Source: an uncultured Candidatus Poseidoniales archaeon (GTDB taxonomy: Archaea > Thermoplasmatota > Poseidoniia > Poseidoniales > Thalassarchaeaceae). Taken from it: 35,770 nucleotides of DNA. Below the pieces are notes generated by a model, which worked only from the letters and a program-made list of their open reading frames with translations, made no database searches and had not been told where the DNA came from. Position 1 is the stretch's first letter; each line of letters starts with the position of its first letter. The position numbers and the translations under genes were made by a program. The stretch covers positions 1-35,770 of the forward strand of contig CAXEUS010000233.1 in NCBI GenBank assembly GCA_963999385.1. Direction: 5' to 3'. Shown piece by piece: positions 33,014-35,770 of this stretch.

Positions 33014-33795
33014 TCATCTAGATTCTCTTTGAGTTCGGCCAACCTAGCCTTTGCAGCCAGCAGTTCTGCTTCAGCCTCGACAGCAGCCAATTCATCCTGC
33101 AATTCCTCTGTCCTCTCATCAGCTTCAGACTTCTTCGATTCAACGAAACTACCCAAACTCGCTCTGCGTTCGAACATGTCATCCACCTGTTCATCTGTAT
33201 ACAAGTCGAACAAATCCGCCCTCTCAAATCCGAACATTCGGGCGACGATTACTGCGGGGAACATTTCAATCACGGTGTTGAAATTCTTAGCTGACTGGTT
33301 GTATTCCTCAACCTCGTTAGCCATTTTGGAGATGGCATGTACACCCTCCTCTAGACCTGCAACCAAGACATTGTGAGATGTCAGTTGAGGGTTGTCCTCT
33401 GCAAAGGCGAGAAGTTGGGGCATCATCCCGTCAAGCAATGCGTTTGCGGCTGCCAGTTCGGCAGGTGCCCGATTGCTCTTCGCCTTAGCGAACATCTTGC
33501 GTGCATCAACGATTTTGTCGTAGACAGAACTCTCCAGTCCTAGTTGGGCGAGATCTGTTTCTTCGATTAATGCAATCTTCTGGTCTTTCACCCCTATCTG
33601 GGCTTCCAGGTTCTGATATTGGTTCTCGACTTCGTTGCGTAGATCTACCATTCTATTGTAGGCTGAAATAATCCAGAACAGAATCAATAGTGCTACTATT
33701 CCAACTACAACTAATACGAAAACCAAGCCGCCAAGAGCCGCCATGACGCGGCGAGCATGAACTCTCCTATGAGCGTTGGCGCAATGAGGAATCAT
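33010..33795 (-). CDS. lemA: LemA family protein with a C-terminal coiled-coil extension
   Basis: An N-terminal TM helix (LGGLVFVLVVVGIVALLILFWII) is followed by YNRMVDLRNEVENQYQNLEAQ, AFAEDNPQLTSHNVL and EEYNQSAKNFNTVIEMFPAVIVARMFGFERADLF. This is the classic LemA pattern. An extra roughly 60-aa acidic coiled coil sits at the C-terminus. The start is probably ATG 33744 (MAALGG). The stop TAG (33010-33012) overlaps the TAA (33011-33013) of the convergent gene. Confidence 0.9.
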   Translation of the reverse strand: MIPHCANAHRRVHARRVMAALGGLVFVLVVVGIVALLILFWIISAYNRMVDLRNEVENQYQNLEAQIGVKDQKIALIEETDLAQLGLESSVYDKIVDARKMFAKAKSNRAPAELAAANALLDGMMPQLLAFAEDNPQLTSHNVLVAGLEEGVHAISKMANEVEEYNQSAKNFNTVIEMFPAVIVARMFGFERADLFDLYTDEQVDDMFERRASLGSFVESKKSEADERTEELQDELAAVEAEAELLAAKARLAELKENLDD

Positions 33796-33857
33796 GGGTT
33801 TCGCCTAAGGCGACCTTGATGAAGTGCGGCAGCCGCAGCCGCGGTTGAGGAGTTACG

Positions 33858-35770
33858 ATGCGCGGACAGATGAGTTCGTTCGATGTGGCGAGAATCGTCA
33901 CTGAGTTGCAGCCGTACATCGGCGCGCGGGCGCGCAAATCCTACCAGCCTCACTGGGAGCAGGTGGTTCTGCGACTGAACCCCAAGGATGAGCCGCAGGT
34001 GGATCTGGTAATCGTTAGCGGCAAGCGCTGCTATCTCGCTAGGCGAGATCGCCCGATGCCGCACAATCCCTCCTCGTTCGCCATGCTGCTGCGTAAGCAT
34101 CTGATGAACGCCCGGCTTACTGGAGCGACCCAGCACGGGTTTGACCGCATCATCACCCTCGCTTTCGAGACGAAGGATGGCCCCCTCTCACTGGTTGTGG
34201 AGATGTTCCGCGATGGAAACGTGTTGCTGCTCGATGCTGACGGAGTGATTATCCAACCGCTAACGAGCGTGGAATATGCACAGCGCATTCTGAAACGTGG
34301 TGAAGCATACGTCCCTCCCCCTACCCAGATTGACCCGCGGACTCTCGGAGGTGACGAGTTAGCGGAAATCCTCGCAGTAAGCGATGCTAATCTCGTCAGC
34401 ACGCTAGCGAGTCGGGTGAACCTGTCAGGAACTTATGCGGAAGCTGTATGCGCAGCGGCCGGACTTGAGACAACCTCAGCGGCCGCAGATGTCAATGCCG
34501 GAGGTATTCGCGGTCTGGTGAAGGCGCTTGCGGACCTCGGAGATGAACTGTCCTCGGGCAGCGGTGGAGTCACGGTACTGTCACTGGCGCCCGAATCGAG
34601 CGCCGAAGAGGTGGTGGCAGATGCAATCGAGGAGCACTGTTTCGAGGCTCTCCCATTCGCACTGCCAGCCCACGACGCTAGCCCGCTCATCGAATTCGAT
34701 TCTCTGTCAGACGCTGTAGATGCCTGGAAAGGCGGTCACGACGCAGCAGCACTGGCTAGACGACAGGAGGAGAAGGCGGGTCAAATGCAAGAGGGACGAC
34801 GTCCGATGGATGTCGGAGACCAACTCGGCAGGCGCGCTACTCAGCAGAGTCAGGCAATCGAGCGATTCCACGCTAAAGCGGACGTGCAGCAGAGACTAGG
34901 CAAGGAGATACAGGACAACTGGGCGCACGTCGAGGAACTTCTGCAACAGACCAGGCAGGCGGTTGAGGCTCACGGTTGGGACGAGGTGCGCCAGCAGGTG
35001 CGTGACATCGAGTGGATAGAATCGATCGATGCGGGGAAGAAGAACGTCATGGTCTACCTCCCAGATTCCAATGGTGAACCAAGCAGCAGGGTCGAGTTAG
35101 AACTCGAGGCCAGCGTACACCAGAACGCGCAGCGCTATTTCGACAAGGGCCGCAAGCAGAAGGAGAAGGCTGCAGGTGCGAAGAGTGCTCTCAAAGTGAC
35201 TGAATCTGAGACAACGCGCGTAGAGAAGAAGCGGGCGAAGGATGAGGCGGCCGGAAGATTACAGGCAGCCAAGCGTAGCAAGCGTTTCTGGTTTGAGAAT
35301 CAACGCTGGGCGGTCGTCGGCGATGGCCACCTGATTATTGGTGGTAAGGATGCGCGCGGCAATGACCAGATTGTGCGCAAGCGACTGGACCGCCATGACC
35401 GCTACCTGCACGCTGACATCCATGGGGCACCCTCATGCGCACTGAAACTGAAAGACGGCTTCGAACCCGACCTGCAGCACGCAGGGGACCTGCCAGAAGG
35501 TGTGAACGCTCTGCGACTAACCCAGACACTCGAGTGGGACGATTTCACTGAGGAGGCACTGGAACAGGCCGCTCAGATGGCCGTGGTCTGGAGTCGAGGC
35601 TGGTCAGGGGGCGGGGCTGCAGCGACCGCATTCTGGGTGGAACCGCCACAGGTGTCCAAGACCGCAGAAACCGGTGAAGCGCTCGCACGCGGGGCATTCA
35701 TAGTACGCGGGACGAGGAACTGGCTGCGGAATCTACCTCTGGAACTGACTCTCGGACTCGCTTTGATCAA
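33858..35770 (+). CDS. NFACT-family protein (archaeal Rqc2/RqcH/FbpA homologue), 3' end cut by the window edge
   Basis: This gene is not in the ORF track because it has no stop in the window. My hand translation is open from ATG 33858 (GAGGAG ends 5 nt upstream) to the window end. NFACT-N: MSSFDVARIVTELQPYIGARARKSYQP, PSSFAMLLRKHLMNARLTGATQHGFDRIITLAF, EMFRDGNVLLLDADGVIIQP. A coiled-coil middle follows. NFACT-R/DUF814: RFWFENQRWAVVGDGHLIIGGKDARGNDQIVRKRLDRHDRYLHADIHGAPSCALK, VSKTAETGEALARGAFIVRGTRNW. Confidence 0.9.
   Translation, partial: MRGQMSSFDVARIVTELQPYIGARARKSYQPHWEQVVLRLNPKDEPQVDLVIVSGKRCYLARRDRPMPHNPSSFAMLLRKHLMNARLTGATQHGFDRIITLAFETKDGPLSLVVEMFRDGNVLLLDADGVIIQPLTSVEYAQRILKRGEAYVPPPTQIDPRTLGGDELAEILAVSDANLVSTLASRVNLSGTYAEAVCAAAGLETTSAAADVNAGGIRGLVKALADLGDELSSGSGGVTVLSLAPESSAEEVVADAIEEHCFEALPFALPAHDASPLIEFDSLSDAVDAWKGGHDAAALARRQEEKAGQMQEGRRPMDVGDQLGRRATQQSQAIERFHAKADVQQRLGKEIQDNWAHVEELLQQTRQAVEAHGWDEVRQQVRDIEWIESIDAGKKNVMVYLPDSNGEPSSRVELELEASVHQNAQRYFDKGRKQKEKAAGAKSALKVTESETTRVEKKRAKDEAAGRLQAAKRSKRFWFENQRWAVVGDGHLIIGGKDARGNDQIVRKRLDRHDRYLHADIHGAPSCALKLKDGFEPDLQHAGDLPEGVNALRLTQTLEWDDFTEEALEQAAQMAVVWSRGWSGGGAAATAFWVEPPQVSKTAETGEALARGAFIVRGTRNWLRNLPLELTLGLALI

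Noticed and set aside
1-35770. I searched for mobile elements, CRISPR arrays, toxin-antitoxin pairs, restriction-modification genes and other recognisable defence genes.
   Set aside because: No transposase, integrase or recombinase motifs, no repeat-spacer arrays and no nuclease, helicase or methylase signatures were seen in any of the long ORFs. Any novelty in this window lies in surface and membrane proteins, not in classic defence or mobile-element content.

Overview
This is a 35.8-kb fragment with roughly 55-63% GC by hand spot counts. It reads as archaeal. The evidence is a tRNA-Gln with an A1-U72 pair and no encoded CCA, a TATA-like box about 27 nt upstream of that tRNA, an NFACT/Rqc2-type gene, a two-subunit 2-oxoacid:ferredoxin oxidoreductase, and Shine-Dalgarno-led starts. 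The gene content and the giant glycoprotein-like surface proteins resemble marine planktonic Thermoplasmatota (MGII/Poseidoniales-like). That placement is inference only. I count 17 protein-coding genes, two of them cut by the window edges, and one tRNA. From 1 to 24.9 kb almost everything is on the minus strand: ahcY, a DUF3754/TMEM143-like membrane protein, a 17-kb array of three giant type-I-anchored surface proteins (2130, 1925 and about 1405 aa) with a small acidic cytosolic protein embedded in it, aconitase, and a membrane-anchored cyclophilin. From 25 to 33 kb the genes are on the plus strand: korA/korB, an aldo-keto reductase, a Nudix-MBL fusion, an alpha/beta hydrolase and a polytopic GIDE-like membrane protein. 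A convergent tRNA-Gln sits after the aldo-keto reductase. Next comes a convergent lemA whose stop codon overlaps the GIDE-like stop. The window ends with an NFACT gene that runs off the right edge and is absent from the ORF track. I saw no transposase, integrase, CRISPR array or recognisable defence gene. The best candidate for something undescribed is the giant-protein island. Two of its genes are tandem paralogues sharing an unassigned glycine-rich beta-helix-like module and an ungapped 35-aa W-rich motif at the end of their cytoplasmic tails. The third has a different, UBA-like tail. The second candidate is the lower-GC GIDE-like/LemA pair downstream of the Nudix-MBL fusion. All family names come from motif recognition by eye, not from database searches.
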